Positions 1 through 9,258 of a stretch of 64,000 nt of DNA are shown here, piece after piece. The stretch's first letter is position 1; the number at the start of each line of letters is the position of its first letter. The notes beneath the pieces are model-generated. The model was not told where the DNA came from and made no database searches. It was given only the letters and a program-made list of their open reading frames with translations. This DNA is from Truepera sp. (GTDB taxonomy: Bacteria > Deinococcota > Deinococci > Deinococcales > Trueperaceae): contig CBDCKW010000009.1 of the NCBI GenBank assembly GCA_965218435.1, forward strand, positions 3,072,001 through 3,136,000, read 5' to 3'. A program made the position numbers and the translations under genes.

Positions 1-405
1 CAACGACGAGAAAACGCGCCTAGAGTCCTGTTGTTGACCAGCTTTTTAGACGAAGACTACTTGCGCGAGGCGCTCCGGTTAGGCGCTGCCGGGTATTTGC
101 TCAAACGTGCGGGGCAGGGTGCGCTTTTAGACGGGATTCGGGCGGCGCTGCGCGGCGAACGGTCCCTTGACCCGGCAGCAGCGGCGCTCCTCCCAACCCT
201 GCGAGACGACCCCTTAAAACGCTTGACGCCGCGCGAACGGACTGTGTTAAAACTGCTCACCGAAGGGTTGTCGAATAAAGCGGTGGCCAAACGTCTGGAC
301 GTAGGTGAAAAGACGGTTAAAACGCATGTGAGCAGCGTCTTGGCGAAGTTGGGCGTCAAAGACCGGACGCAGGCGGCGCTCTACGCGAAGTCGCGGCAGC
401 TCTAG
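1..405 (+). CDS. NarL/LuxR-family response regulator (5'-partial)
   Basis: Frame open from base 1; receiver C-terminus (LLLTSF..GAAGYLLK) plus LuxR HTH (LTPRE..GLSNK..TVKTHVS). Confidence 0.93.
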   Translation, partial: QRRENAPRVLLLTSFLDEDYLREALRLGAAGYLLKRAGQGALLDGIRAALRGERSLDPAAAALLPTLRDDPLKRLTPRERTVLKLLTEGLSNKAVAKRLDVGEKTVKTHVSSVLAKLGVKDRTQAALYAKSRQL

Positions 406-411
406 GCGGGC

Positions 412-436
412 GGGGCTGAGTGGTACGCCACGCCCC
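412..436. repeat. 25-bp hairpin-like dispersed repeat, copy 1
   Basis: ggggctgagtggtacgccacgcccc; 24/25 identical to 24804-24828. Confidence 0.65.
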
Positions 437-808
437 AACCTGCTCGGCTTGAGGTGATAGTAAAAGCCAGGAAGGACAGGAAGGTTTTTTATATCTTTTT
501 AACTTTGTGGCGTGAGTCCCAGAACCGAAAGCAAGTTTCTGAAATAAGGACGAAAAACGTCAGCAAGTAGCTTTCCGCCGTTAAGGTGAAAAATACCCGC
601 AAAACGGTTTATAAGTAAAAGTATTCTAACTGATTCCAATTTTTGCAACAATGCCTACTTTTTTACGTCTTGTAGAACCTCTTTCAAAAATGGCTTTTTG
701 CACCGAGAGCGCCGTAGCTTACTCATAGCTGCCTCGCCCAGCTCGGTCAACCCTTAGTGGCCAAAAGAAAAGCCACTTGGGGCTTTTAAGACGGCTTTTA
801 TTGACCTC

Positions 809-2434
809 TTAAGACGTCACCGCTCGAGGTTGCCGAACCTTACCGAGGTAAGTCTCAGCTTCCTGCTGTTCGCGCTGTTTTCTCGCCTCATCCCACGACA
901 GTGTTTTACCAAGTAATTCAATCACTTGAGGAAGCGCCGCCAGCGCCGCCCCTTGGTCTAAAAACGCCAGCCGAGTACGGCGCGCCAAAAAGTCAACGGC
1001 GGTATCGGCTCCTTCATAGGTGGCGCTGTAGATGACTTCGGCCTCGAGCTGTGGCTGCCCCAGTACGAGGCGTCCCGGGTACGTCTCGGCGAGTTCGGCC
1101 ACCTTGACGGCCCGGTCGCCGTAGGCGCGGTTCAGATATTCGGCTACGTCAGCGTCTAAACCGAACTGCTCCGCTAAAGTCGCTGCACCAGCTGGACGGA
1201 ACGCCTCCGCCCCGACGAGTTTAAGCTGTTCAGTCCGCGACGGTCCCGCCTGCAAATGACCAACCTTGAGCACCTCGTCTACCGTATCGAGCGCCATTTT
1301 ACGGTAGGTGGTCCATTTGCCGCCCGCAACGGTTACGAGACCCGAGCTGCTGGTATTGACGACGTGATCACGCGAAACTTTGGCCGTATCTGCTGCTTTG
1401 GGGTCGGAAACGAGTGGACGTAGTCCCGACCAGGTAGCCAAGATGTCGTCTCGGGTCGCCGGAACGTCGAAATAGCGGCCCAAGTACGAGAGCAAGTAGT
1501 CAATATCGTCCTCACTCGGCTGCGGGTTCGGTTCGATAGCGGCGGGGTGATCGGTCGTGCCGAAAAGGGTATAGCCGAGCCACGGCAGCAAAAAGAGCAC
1601 CCGGCCGTCGTCGGTTTGAGGGATCAAGAGGCCCGTACCGGGCGGGGAGAAATGGCCGTCTAAGACGATGTGAACCCCTGAGCTGGCGGTAAGCATCGGC
1701 GGCGCGTCCTCGTCGTCCAAGTGGCGGATGGCGTCAGTAAAAGGGCCGGTCGCGTTGACGACTACCTTGGCCCGAACGTCCCACGTCTCGCCGCTCAGGG
1801 TGTCACGAACCGACGCGCCTGCAACCCGGCCGCCAGCCTTAAGAAGTTTGGTGACCTCGAGGTGATTGGCAACCGCGGCACCCTCGTGAGCAGCGGTCAG
1901 CGCCAACGATACGTTCATCCGGGCATCGTCGAACTGCCCGTCGTAGTAGAGCACCGCGCCGCGCAACCCTTCTTTTTTAAGCATTGGAAAACGCCGCAGC
2001 GCCTCGTTACGGCTCACAAAACGGCTGCGCTTGAGGTTGGCGCGACCCGCGAGCGCGTCGTAAAGCTTAAGACCGATCATCATATAAGGAATCTGAAACC
2101 AGTTGTAAAGGGGCGTCAGAATAGGGAGCGGGTGCGCCAGATGCGGCGCGTTACTCAGCAGCACCGCGCGTTCTTTGAGCGCGTCGCGTACCAAATTGAA
2201 CTGAGTACGGTCGAGCCCCTTAACCGCCTGCTCCAGGTAACGCACCCCACCGTGAACGAGTTTGGTCGAGCGGCTGCTGCTCCCGGCAGAAAAATCGTCA
2301 CGTTCGACCAGCGCGGTTTTAAGACCTCGGCTTACGGCGTCTAAGGCGACGCCGGTTCCGGTTGCGCCGCCGCCGATGACCAGCACATCAAACATTCCCT
2401 GTTGCAGCTGCTCGAGCTGAGCTTTGCGGTTCAT
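809..2434 (-). CDS. glpD: FAD-dependent glycerol-3-phosphate dehydrogenase
   Basis: DVLVIGGGATG, SSRSTKLVHGGVRYL, DGQFDDAR and GGKWTTYR motifs. Confidence 0.96.
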   Translation of the reverse strand: MNRKAQLEQLQQGMFDVLVIGGGATGTGVALDAVSRGLKTALVERDDFSAGSSSRSTKLVHGGVRYLEQAVKGLDRTQFNLVRDALKERAVLLSNAPHLAHPLPILTPLYNWFQIPYMMIGLKLYDALAGRANLKRSRFVSRNEALRRFPMLKKEGLRGAVLYYDGQFDDARMNVSLALTAAHEGAAVANHLEVTKLLKAGGRVAGASVRDTLSGETWDVRAKVVVNATGPFTDAIRHLDDEDAPPMLTASSGVHIVLDGHFSPPGTGLLIPQTDDGRVLFLLPWLGYTLFGTTDHPAAIEPNPQPSEDDIDYLLSYLGRYFDVPATRDDILATWSGLRPLVSDPKAADTAKVSRDHVVNTSSSGLVTVAGGKWTTYRKMALDTVDEVLKVGHLQAGPSRTEQLKLVGAEAFRPAGAATLAEQFGLDADVAEYLNRAYGDRAVKVAELAETYPGRLVLGQPQLEAEVIYSATYEGADTAVDFLARRTRLAFLDQGAALAALPQVIELLGKTLSWDEARKQREQQEAETYLGKVRQPRAVTS

Positions 2435-2763
2435 AAGGGCCTATGCTGTGCCCTAAACGGCCCTGTAAGCACGCCAGTTAACGCCGCGCTCGAGGCTTCT
2501 AAAAACAACCCTTGGTAAGCGTTCACCCTTTAACCATAAGGCAAAATAACGGTCAAATCCCTTCTTTGCACCACGGTTGGCCGTCTCTACACTCCAGACC
2601 ACTCAAATTGTTCCGCTGAAATGCTTAACTGTAATGCTTAACTACACCGTAACACTTGACTGCACCGCGCCGCACGGCATCTTTATTTAGTGCACAGCAC
2701 CATGTTTCCGTTCAGCGTTTGAACGTACACTAAGCCCACCTTTCAGCTGCAAAGGAGGGCTGT

Positions 2764-3711
2764 ATGAGCTTACGTGTTCACGGAATCCACCACCTTACCG
2801 CCGTTACCGCTAGAGCCGCGCAAAACCTCGCGTTTTATACGGGCGTTATGGGGTTACGACTGGTTAAAAAAACCGTCAATCAAGATGATGTGCGCACCTA
2901 TCACCTCTTTTACGCCGACAACGCGGGGCGTCCCGGCAGCGATATCACCTTTTTTGGTTGGCCCGCTGCCAAAGAGCAGCGCGGCAACAATAGCATTACC
3001 CGCACCGGTTTCCGCGTACCGAGGGGCAGCGTGACGTGGTGGAACGAGTATTTTAGGCGCTACGGCGTTGCTGCCGACTTACCGACAAATCGAGGACGGC
3101 GCACCGTCCTCGATTTCGAAGACCCCGAAGGGCAGCGCCTGAGTTTAGTTGAAGATGACGGCGTGTCGGCGCATCCGGTAGCTCATGACGTTCCGGCGGA
3201 GCACCAGATTATGGGTCTCGGGCCGGTGACGCTTACCGTACCGGGGCTGTCGCCGACCGACCAGATTTTAGAACGCGCTTACGGCCTGGAAAAGACTCAC
3301 AGCTATTCGGAACCGGAAGGGGAAACGCACGTCTTTAAGATGGCCGCTACGGGGCCGCAAGGTGAGCTGCACCTCTCGGTCAGGCCGTCTTTGCCGCCGT
3401 CCAGGGCGGGTGCCGGGGGCGTTCATCACGTGGCGTTTCGGATACGTGACGAGGACGTCAGCGCGTGGGCTGAGCACTTAAGAAGCCTCGGCTTGGCGAC
3501 GAGCGGCGAGGTCGAGCGTTACTACTTTCGGAGCATCTACTACCGTGAACCCAATGGGGTGTTGCTCGAGCTTGCCACCGACGGCCCCGGTTTTACCGCT
3601 GATGAACCACTCGAGTCGCTCGGACAAACACTGTCACTTCCGCCCTTTTTAGAACCCCGCCGCGCCGATATCGAAGCAAACTTAGAACCTTTGGAGTTGC
3701 CCCATGCCTAA
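2764..3711 (+). CDS. Ring-cleaving dioxygenase (VOC/glyoxalase, MhqA/O-like)
   Basis: GIHHLTAV, KKTVNQDD..YHLFY, GGVHHVAFR, YFRSIYYREPNG; SD ggaggg. Confidence 0.93.
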   Translation: MSLRVHGIHHLTAVTARAAQNLAFYTGVMGLRLVKKTVNQDDVRTYHLFYADNAGRPGSDITFFGWPAAKEQRGNNSITRTGFRVPRGSVTWWNEYFRRYGVAADLPTNRGRRTVLDFEDPEGQRLSLVEDDGVSAHPVAHDVPAEHQIMGLGPVTLTVPGLSPTDQILERAYGLEKTHSYSEPEGETHVFKMAATGPQGELHLSVRPSLPPSRAGAGGVHHVAFRIRDEDVSAWAEHLRSLGLATSGEVERYYFRSIYYREPNGVLLELATDGPGFTADEPLESLGQTLSLPPFLEPRRADIEANLEPLELPHA

Positions 3712-3991
3712 CGCCGATCCTCACGACGTAACCCGTAACGACCGCCGCAACCGCTACGAACTTATGATAGAAGGTCAGCTCGCGGTGTGCGACTTTGAGC
3801 ACTCAGCCGACACCATAACCTTTACCCACACCGAGGTCCCCGAAGGTTTAGAAGGACAAGGGATCGGAAGTGTGCTCGCCCGTGGCGCACTAGACGACGT
3901 GCGGGTACAGGGGCTTAAGGTCATTCCCGCTTGCCCCTTTATCGCCGACTTTATAGACCGACACGAAGACTATCAAGATTTGCTGAGCTAG
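3704..3991 (+). CDS. Small GNAT-family N-acetyltransferase (YjdJ-like)
   Basis: FTHTEVP..EGQGIGS..PACPFI. Confidence 0.9.
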   Translation: MPNADPHDVTRNDRRNRYELMIEGQLAVCDFEHSADTITFTHTEVPEGLEGQGIGSVLARGALDDVRVQGLKVIPACPFIADFIDRHEDYQDLLS

Positions 3992-4046
3992 GGCGCGTCA
4001 TAAGGTGAATTAAAGTGAGCCGGGGCTTTTTGCGGCTACCGCCGGT

Positions 4047-5288
4047 TTAAGGGGTACGGACCACCAAGCCGCCCAGCTCGTAGCCGGTGACGAGTTCGTT
4101 CCACTCGAGCTTGGGCGCTCGTTCAGCGGTGAGTGGCAGCCGAAAGAGCCGCGTTAAAAAGATGTCGCTCTCTTGCAGGGCGATATACGCGCCGGGGCAG
4201 CGGTGGTGCCCGTCGCCAAAACTCATCACCGCGCCCTGAACGCCGCGCTCTAAAGGTCTGGCAGGGCAGAGCTGCAAAGGTTCTTCGCCGACAGTTTCCG
4301 GGTCGGCGTTGGCGGCGCGGATGTCCAAGTCAAGCAGTGCACCTGCCGGAATCACAAGCGTTTCCCCCTCGAAGTCCAGTGTCAGCGGCTTGGCGGCGCG
4401 GCGGTGGAGATGACCGACGACGGGCTCGAGCCGTAAAATCTCTTGCAAGATATTTTGGCGTTCTTTTTCGTCAGCATTGACGTAAGTCTCTCGCAGCGTG
4501 TCGTTCTCTAACAGGTGCCACGCCGCCATGACGATAAACTCACGCGTCGTGACCATCCCGGCGGCGGCGTAGGTGATACATTCGGTTAAAATTTCAAAGT
4601 CGTTATAATCCTTGCTGAGCAGGTGACTGATCACGTCTTCACCGGGCTTTTTGCGCCGCGCCCGAATCGCCGGTTTGACGTCCTGATAAAAAAAGCGAAA
4701 GGTCGCGCTCTGCGTCATGAGAAAACGCCAGAGTTTACCCGGTCGCCAGGAAAATTCGGTCGGATCACCCTCAAAAAAGGTGTTGAGGCGGCCGCTCATC
4801 CCCTTGATAGACGAGTTGGTTAAGCCCACAACTTGAGCCGCCACTTGGGTGGCGAGGCGCATACTGAGCTGACTTAAGTCGGCGCTCTTACGTTTTTCGA
4901 GCGCCCCGATCAGGTCGTCAGACAGGGCTTCCATCATCTCGCGGTAGCTTTTGCTGACCGTTTGCGGCGTAAAAAAGCGGGCGGTGGCGGTGCGCTGCGC
5001 TTTGTGTTCCGGCCCTTCCAAATATAAGATCGGGGGCCGCATCTTGCTCATCGCCTGCGCCGCAACTTCCGCGCCAAACCCGGCTTGCCGCGTCGCCTCG
5101 GGATCGCGTAAAATCGCCCGCGCGAGCGCAAACGACCGCACCGTCCAGCGTTCGCCTTTGGCGTCACGAATGACTTCATACGCCGGGGTCAAGGCTTCAC
5201 CGGGGCGGCTGCTTTTACGGTCGGACACGCCTTCAGGGTGATGAAACGGGCAACCGGCGGCGTGCGGAGAAGTTGAGGCTTGAGTCAT
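4047..5288 (-). CDS. Cytochrome P450
   Basis: ExxR (EILR) and heme motif FGDGHHRCPG; start moved to ATG 5288, 6 nt after a TATCAT -10 box (leaderless). Confidence 0.94.
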   Translation of the reverse strand: MTQASTSPHAAGCPFHHPEGVSDRKSSRPGEALTPAYEVIRDAKGERWTVRSFALARAILRDPEATRQAGFGAEVAAQAMSKMRPPILYLEGPEHKAQRTATARFFTPQTVSKSYREMMEALSDDLIGALEKRKSADLSQLSMRLATQVAAQVVGLTNSSIKGMSGRLNTFFEGDPTEFSWRPGKLWRFLMTQSATFRFFYQDVKPAIRARRKKPGEDVISHLLSKDYNDFEILTECITYAAAGMVTTREFIVMAAWHLLENDTLRETYVNADEKERQNILQEILRLEPVVGHLHRRAAKPLTLDFEGETLVIPAGALLDLDIRAANADPETVGEEPLQLCPARPLERGVQGAVMSFGDGHHRCPGAYIALQESDIFLTRLFRLPLTAERAPKLEWNELVTGYELGGLVVRTP

Positions 5289-5295
5289 AGGGTTA

Positions 5296-5312
5296 TGATA
5301 CACATTGTCTCA
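5296..5312. promoter_or_regulatory. Putative TetR operator overlapping the P450 -10 box
   Basis: Imperfect palindrome TGATACA-cat-TGTCTCA between divergent P450 and tetR. Confidence 0.6.
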
Positions 5313-5357
5313 AAAAGGAGTGTCGCTTATCTCGCAAAATACGGTACGCTCGAGCCG

Positions 5358-5927
5358 ATGACTCGCCCCGTGCCAGATGCGCGTGTTCTTAAAACGTACC
5401 AGCGTTTAGCTGACGCACTCGTCGCTTTAACGCTCGAGCAAGGCTTCGACGCGCTGACGGTGCGGGAATTGACCGACCGCGCCGAAGTGGGGTACGCCAC
5501 GTTTTTCAGACACTTCAGCTCAAAAGAGGCGCTGTTGGGAGCCGTATTTGAAAGCACTTTAGGCGAACTTTTAGCGCAGTTGGGGCCGGTCGCTGCGCCG
5601 CTCGACCCCCTCGAGGTCGGCACCAGAGTTTTTCGCCACGCCCGTGACCACGCCGACCGCTACCGTGCGCTCCTCCGCACCAGTGAGACCCTAAATCTTC
5701 AAGAACGCTGTTTACGGGTCAGTCTCGAGACGCTTTCAGCAACGGTGACTGCCAAAAGGAGCGTAGTGCCTTTTGAAGTCGCCGCGCATCATCTGGTTTA
5801 CAGCTTTATCGGGCTGCTGACGTGGTACCTAGACGCGGATTTACCCTATTCGCCAGAACGTATGGGCGAGATTTTAGAGCAGCTGATTTTGGGGCCGACC
5901 TATAAGGTGGCGTTTGAGCCCAAGTAA
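5358..5927 (+). CDS. TetR/AcrR-family regulator
   Basis: HTH LTVRELTDRAEVGYATFFRHF; ATG 5358 lies 7 nt after TACGCT. Confidence 0.92.
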   Translation: MTRPVPDARVLKTYQRLADALVALTLEQGFDALTVRELTDRAEVGYATFFRHFSSKEALLGAVFESTLGELLAQLGPVAAPLDPLEVGTRVFRHARDHADRYRALLRTSETLNLQERCLRVSLETLSATVTAKRSVVPFEVAAHHLVYSFIGLLTWYLDADLPYSPERMGEILEQLILGPTYKVAFEPK

Positions 5928-5935
5928 AAAACAGC

Positions 5936-6562
5936 TTAAGCAGGTGCCAACGAAGCAGCCGTGTTGTCCGGAATGTTGTGCTTGAGCAGACACGTTTCAA
6001 ACGCCTCAATATGCGCTTCGGGTACAGTATAAAAAGACCTCTGCATCCAAACCCGCCAGCTACTGATTTCAAAATAAAATGTCTCATCTTTCAACACATA
6101 GGATTCGATGTTGCGCCAGGGTACAAGGTCTGTATAGAGCCACAAGCCTTTCTTATGAACTTGCAAACGTCCGGTTGCAAGAACAGCAAAATAAGCTCCC
6201 AAAAATAATGTGGTTGTCTCTGACTGTAACGAAGCAAGTATGTGACTGAAGTCTAAGTTGAAAGAAATGGAGACCAAAAAAAACGCGGCAGCAGCCATGT
6301 ACCACCTACGTTGGGGCAGCGGCCCTGCATCGAAGAGTACCGGCCCAGCTCTTAGTCTCGAGATAATTATCCAGCTGATACCACCGAGCAGTGAAACACC
6401 ACAAATGCTTTGAAAAGATACGTCAAAAGCATGACCAAAGGGCCAACCTACAGCAGAGCTTAGGAGAAATGCCAAAGACGCCACTACCGCCATATACAGC
6501 GTCATAATGACTAGGAACCTTACGATGCCCGAATCTCGGTAGTAGTCTGCCAATTTTGACAC
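5936..6562 (-). CDS. Hypothetical membrane protein (DUF5673/PH-like C-terminus)
   Basis: Several TM segments then VHKKGLW..VPWRNIESY; SD aggagg before GTG. Confidence 0.7.
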   Translation of the reverse strand: MSKLADYYRDSGIVRFLVIMTLYMAVVASLAFLLSSAVGWPFGHAFDVSFQSICGVSLLGGISWIIISRLRAGPVLFDAGPLPQRRWYMAAAAFFLVSISFNLDFSHILASLQSETTTLFLGAYFAVLATGRLQVHKKGLWLYTDLVPWRNIESYVLKDETFYFEISSWRVWMQRSFYTVPEAHIEAFETCLLKHNIPDNTAASLAPA

Positions 6563-6587
6563 TTCCGGCCTCCTGATATGGCCTTAA

Positions 6588-7082
6588 TTATACGCGTTTG
6601 GCTTCGGCTTGTTCGATTTCACGCTCGAGAAAATAGTTCAGCAGTGTCCTGAGTAAAACAATCGCACCCAAGTTCAAAATGTCTTGCCGAGTCGGGGCGA
6701 CAGCTGTCCGTAAAATGTCGCTGGCAACGGTAAACTCTAAACCGAGCGCCAGCACTCGCCCGAGCCGTAAACGAATGCCTTCAGTGGCGCTGCCTTGGGC
6801 CGCCGAACGTGAAAAGAGCAGCTGCACATAGGTCAAGATGCCGCGCAAGATGGCGATGCCAATCACGAGCGCCGCTGCAATCTCGGCACCTGCCGCGAAA
6901 TAGCCGACGATGAGTTTGAGCCAGCCCTCGAGCGGGTTCGCTTCAACGCCTTCACTAACGCCGCCACCGACGTTGGAGTTAAGGCTTAAGAGCAAAACGA
7001 GTCCGAAAATCAGGGCGATAGGCAGTAAAAAGCTCGTCCACGGTTCCCGGATGGCGCTTTTGGATTCAGGTTCTCGGGTCAT
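6588..7082 (-). CDS. DUF1622 family membrane protein
   Basis: RLRLGRVLALGLEFTVASDILRT..LRTLLNYFL. Confidence 0.9.
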   Translation of the reverse strand: MTREPESKSAIREPWTSFLLPIALIFGLVLLLSLNSNVGGGVSEGVEANPLEGWLKLIVGYFAAGAEIAAALVIGIAILRGILTYVQLLFSRSAAQGSATEGIRLRLGRVLALGLEFTVASDILRTAVAPTRQDILNLGAIVLLRTLLNYFLEREIEQAEAKRV

Positions 7083-7100
7083 GAGGTTCCTCTTTTGGTT

Positions 7101-7628
7101 TTAGGTTTTAGTATGCCGAGCCTGCCGCGCGGCTAACCAGACGGCGACCTGCTCGAGCCCCACGAGTAGCACCGTAATCCCTATCGCCAGGATAAAAAGC
7201 AGCAGGTTGCTCACACTGCCGGCCCGAAACGCAAAACTCAGCGAGGTCGAGACGGCGGGCGGATGCACCGCGTCGAGAACGATCATCAGCACAACCGTGC
7301 CGAGCATGGCGGCCCCGGCTGCGAGATACCCGTCACCAAGCAGGATAAAAGTGCCGAAGCCCAAACTGGCGGCGATAAGGTGCGCCGTAACGAGCGTGCG
7401 GACGCTGTTCATGCCGTGCTGCGGGTCTAGGTAGATTAAAAAGGCGCTCGAGGCGAGTGACGCGAACAAGAGCCGCTGCTGACTCAGCACCTCGACGAAG
7501 GCAAACACAATGAGTATGGTCGCGGTCGGCAAGAGCGCCAGCGTCAGTTCACCGCGTAGCCCTAAACGCTGACGCAGTGAACGCACTTTCCCCTCGCCTG
7601 GTTGGAAACTTTCGCGTGGATAGCTCAT
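7101..7628 (-). CDS. HPP family membrane protein
   Basis: ASLASSAFL and HPPA motif in a hydrophobic protein. Confidence 0.88.
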   Translation of the reverse strand: MSYPRESFQPGEGKVRSLRQRLGLRGELTLALLPTATILIVFAFVEVLSQQRLLFASLASSAFLIYLDPQHGMNSVRTLVTAHLIAASLGFGTFILLGDGYLAAGAAMLGTVVLMIVLDAVHPPAVSTSLSFAFRAGSVSNLLLFILAIGITVLLVGLEQVAVWLAARQARHTKT

Positions 7629-7629
7629 C

Positions 7630-8382
7630 TTAAAAGAGGGGAGAGCTCGAGGCTACCTTTACGGCGTCCTCAACCTTGTCGAGCCGAAACGTCAGCTGTT
7701 TTTGCCGTAGATGACAGAAGCCGCGCACATACGCGCCGTCAAACGAGGTTACGTCAACTTGCCTGACTTTACCGCCGTAGGTCAGCTGCACGCTGCCCCG
7801 TACCTTGGCGACCTCACGAAACAGCGGCGCGAGCGGGTGTTCGGCGAAGCTCATGGCGACGGGCGCGCGGCGTGGGCCTTTTTGAAAGAAGAGCTGCCCG
7901 TATTTGCGGGCGTATTCGTACAGGTCGCGGGTGAGTTTGACATCTTCTAAGCAGTACCGCTCGAGCCGGTCCCAATCTCCGGCCCGGTAGTATTCCAAAG
8001 CGTCGAGACCCGACCCGAGTTTGCCCATGCCGAGCGTGGCTTGCGCCAGAGCGTCGAGCGAAATACGCCGCCCGAGCGCCCGCTGCGCTTCGACCAGCAG
8101 GTCAAGGGTTGGTAATTCGGTCACCCAACCGCCAAGTTCGGCGGCTAAAACCGGCCAGTCGAAGCCGATCAGGTTAAAGCCGACCACTTCGTCGGCGTTT
8201 TCTAGCAAGACAGTGAGTTCATCAAACTGGGTTTCACGAAAGGTCAAAAACTTATCTTCGGTGTAGTCGTACACCCCGACCACGCTCACGCCCAGCTGTG
8301 CGCGGTTTTCCGCGCCGCCCACCTCGTCAAACGAGCGTTTGGTCTCGAGGTCTAAAACCAGCCGGTTAAACACGTGACTCAT
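7630..8382 (-). CDS. RNase H-like (DEDD, YprB/MrfB-like) exonuclease with C-terminal WYL-like domain
   Basis: LDLET, GFNLIGFD and YCLEDV exonuclease motifs; C-terminal YVRGFCHLRQKQLTFRLDKV. Confidence 0.82.
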   Translation of the reverse strand: MSHVFNRLVLDLETKRSFDEVGGAENRAQLGVSVVGVYDYTEDKFLTFRETQFDELTVLLENADEVVGFNLIGFDWPVLAAELGGWVTELPTLDLLVEAQRALGRRISLDALAQATLGMGKLGSGLDALEYYRAGDWDRLERYCLEDVKLTRDLYEYARKYGQLFFQKGPRRAPVAMSFAEHPLAPLFREVAKVRGSVQLTYGGKVRQVDVTSFDGAYVRGFCHLRQKQLTFRLDKVEDAVKVASSSPLF

Positions 8383-8400
8383 CAGCTCGTTATACCAGCT

Positions 8401-9222
8401 TTATAAGAGTTTGACGGGCAGCTCGAGCGCCGCCAGCAGCGATTCGTGAATAGCACCGTTACTTGTGACTAAAACCTTTTCCCCGAGCTGGTACGGTTCA
8501 CCGCTGCCGCCGGTTACCTGGCCCCCGGCTTCAGTGACAAGTAGCACCCCGGCGGCCACGTCCCAGGGGTTGAGCTTGAGTTCCCAAAACCCGTCAATCC
8601 GGCCACACGCGACATACGCGAGGTCTAAAGCTGCCGCGCCGGGGCGACGCACCGTGCGGCAGCGCGCGAGCATCCGGCCAAAGACCGCGACGTTCTCTGC
8701 CGCCGTGTCCGGGTCGTAAGTAAAGCCGGTTGCCAACATGCTCCGGCGCAGCGTATCTTCTTGCGTGACCGAGATCGGCGCGCCGTTTAACAGCGCACCG
8801 CCGCCGCGCACCGCCGTAAAAAGTTCGTTCCTAACCGAATCGAGCACGACGCCGACCTCGAGCACGCCGTGAATCTCCAGCCCGACCGAAACGCAGTAAA
8901 ACGGAAAGCCGTGCGCGTAGTTGAGCGTCCCGTCGAGCGGGTCAACGATCCAGCGGTACGGCCCCTGATTATTTTGTCCTGTGCCCTGCTGCCCTTCCTC
9001 TTCGCCTAAGACGACATGATTGGGGTAGCTCGAGAGCAAAATCTCGCGGATACGCGCTTCGCTCTCCTTGTCAATCCGCGTGACCAGATCAGTTTCATTT
9101 GATTTGGTCGCGATCCCTAGGTCTTGGCCGACGCCGCTCTGGTGAATCTGCGCGGCGGCGCGGGCCGCGTGGATGGCCGTATAGAGAAAATCTTTTTGCT
9201 CGTTGGGAGTTAGTTGCGTCAT
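8401..9222 (-). CDS. suhB: Inositol monophosphatase family protein
   Basis: DLVTRID, WIVDPLDGTLNY, WDVAAG. Confidence 0.93.
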   Translation of the reverse strand: MTQLTPNEQKDFLYTAIHAARAAAQIHQSGVGQDLGIATKSNETDLVTRIDKESEARIREILLSSYPNHVVLGEEEGQQGTGQNNQGPYRWIVDPLDGTLNYAHGFPFYCVSVGLEIHGVLEVGVVLDSVRNELFTAVRGGGALLNGAPISVTQEDTLRRSMLATGFTYDPDTAAENVAVFGRMLARCRTVRRPGAAALDLAYVACGRIDGFWELKLNPWDVAAGVLLVTEAGGQVTGGSGEPYQLGEKVLVTSNGAIHESLLAALELPVKLL

Positions 9223-9258
9223 GCCTTTACGCTACCCTAATGGGGCCGTTTAGTCACA

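Noticed and set aside
437..780. IS or MITE remnant in an AT-rich gap (also 24320-24786)
   Set aside because: No transposase fragment, terminal inverted repeat pair or target duplication could be identified.
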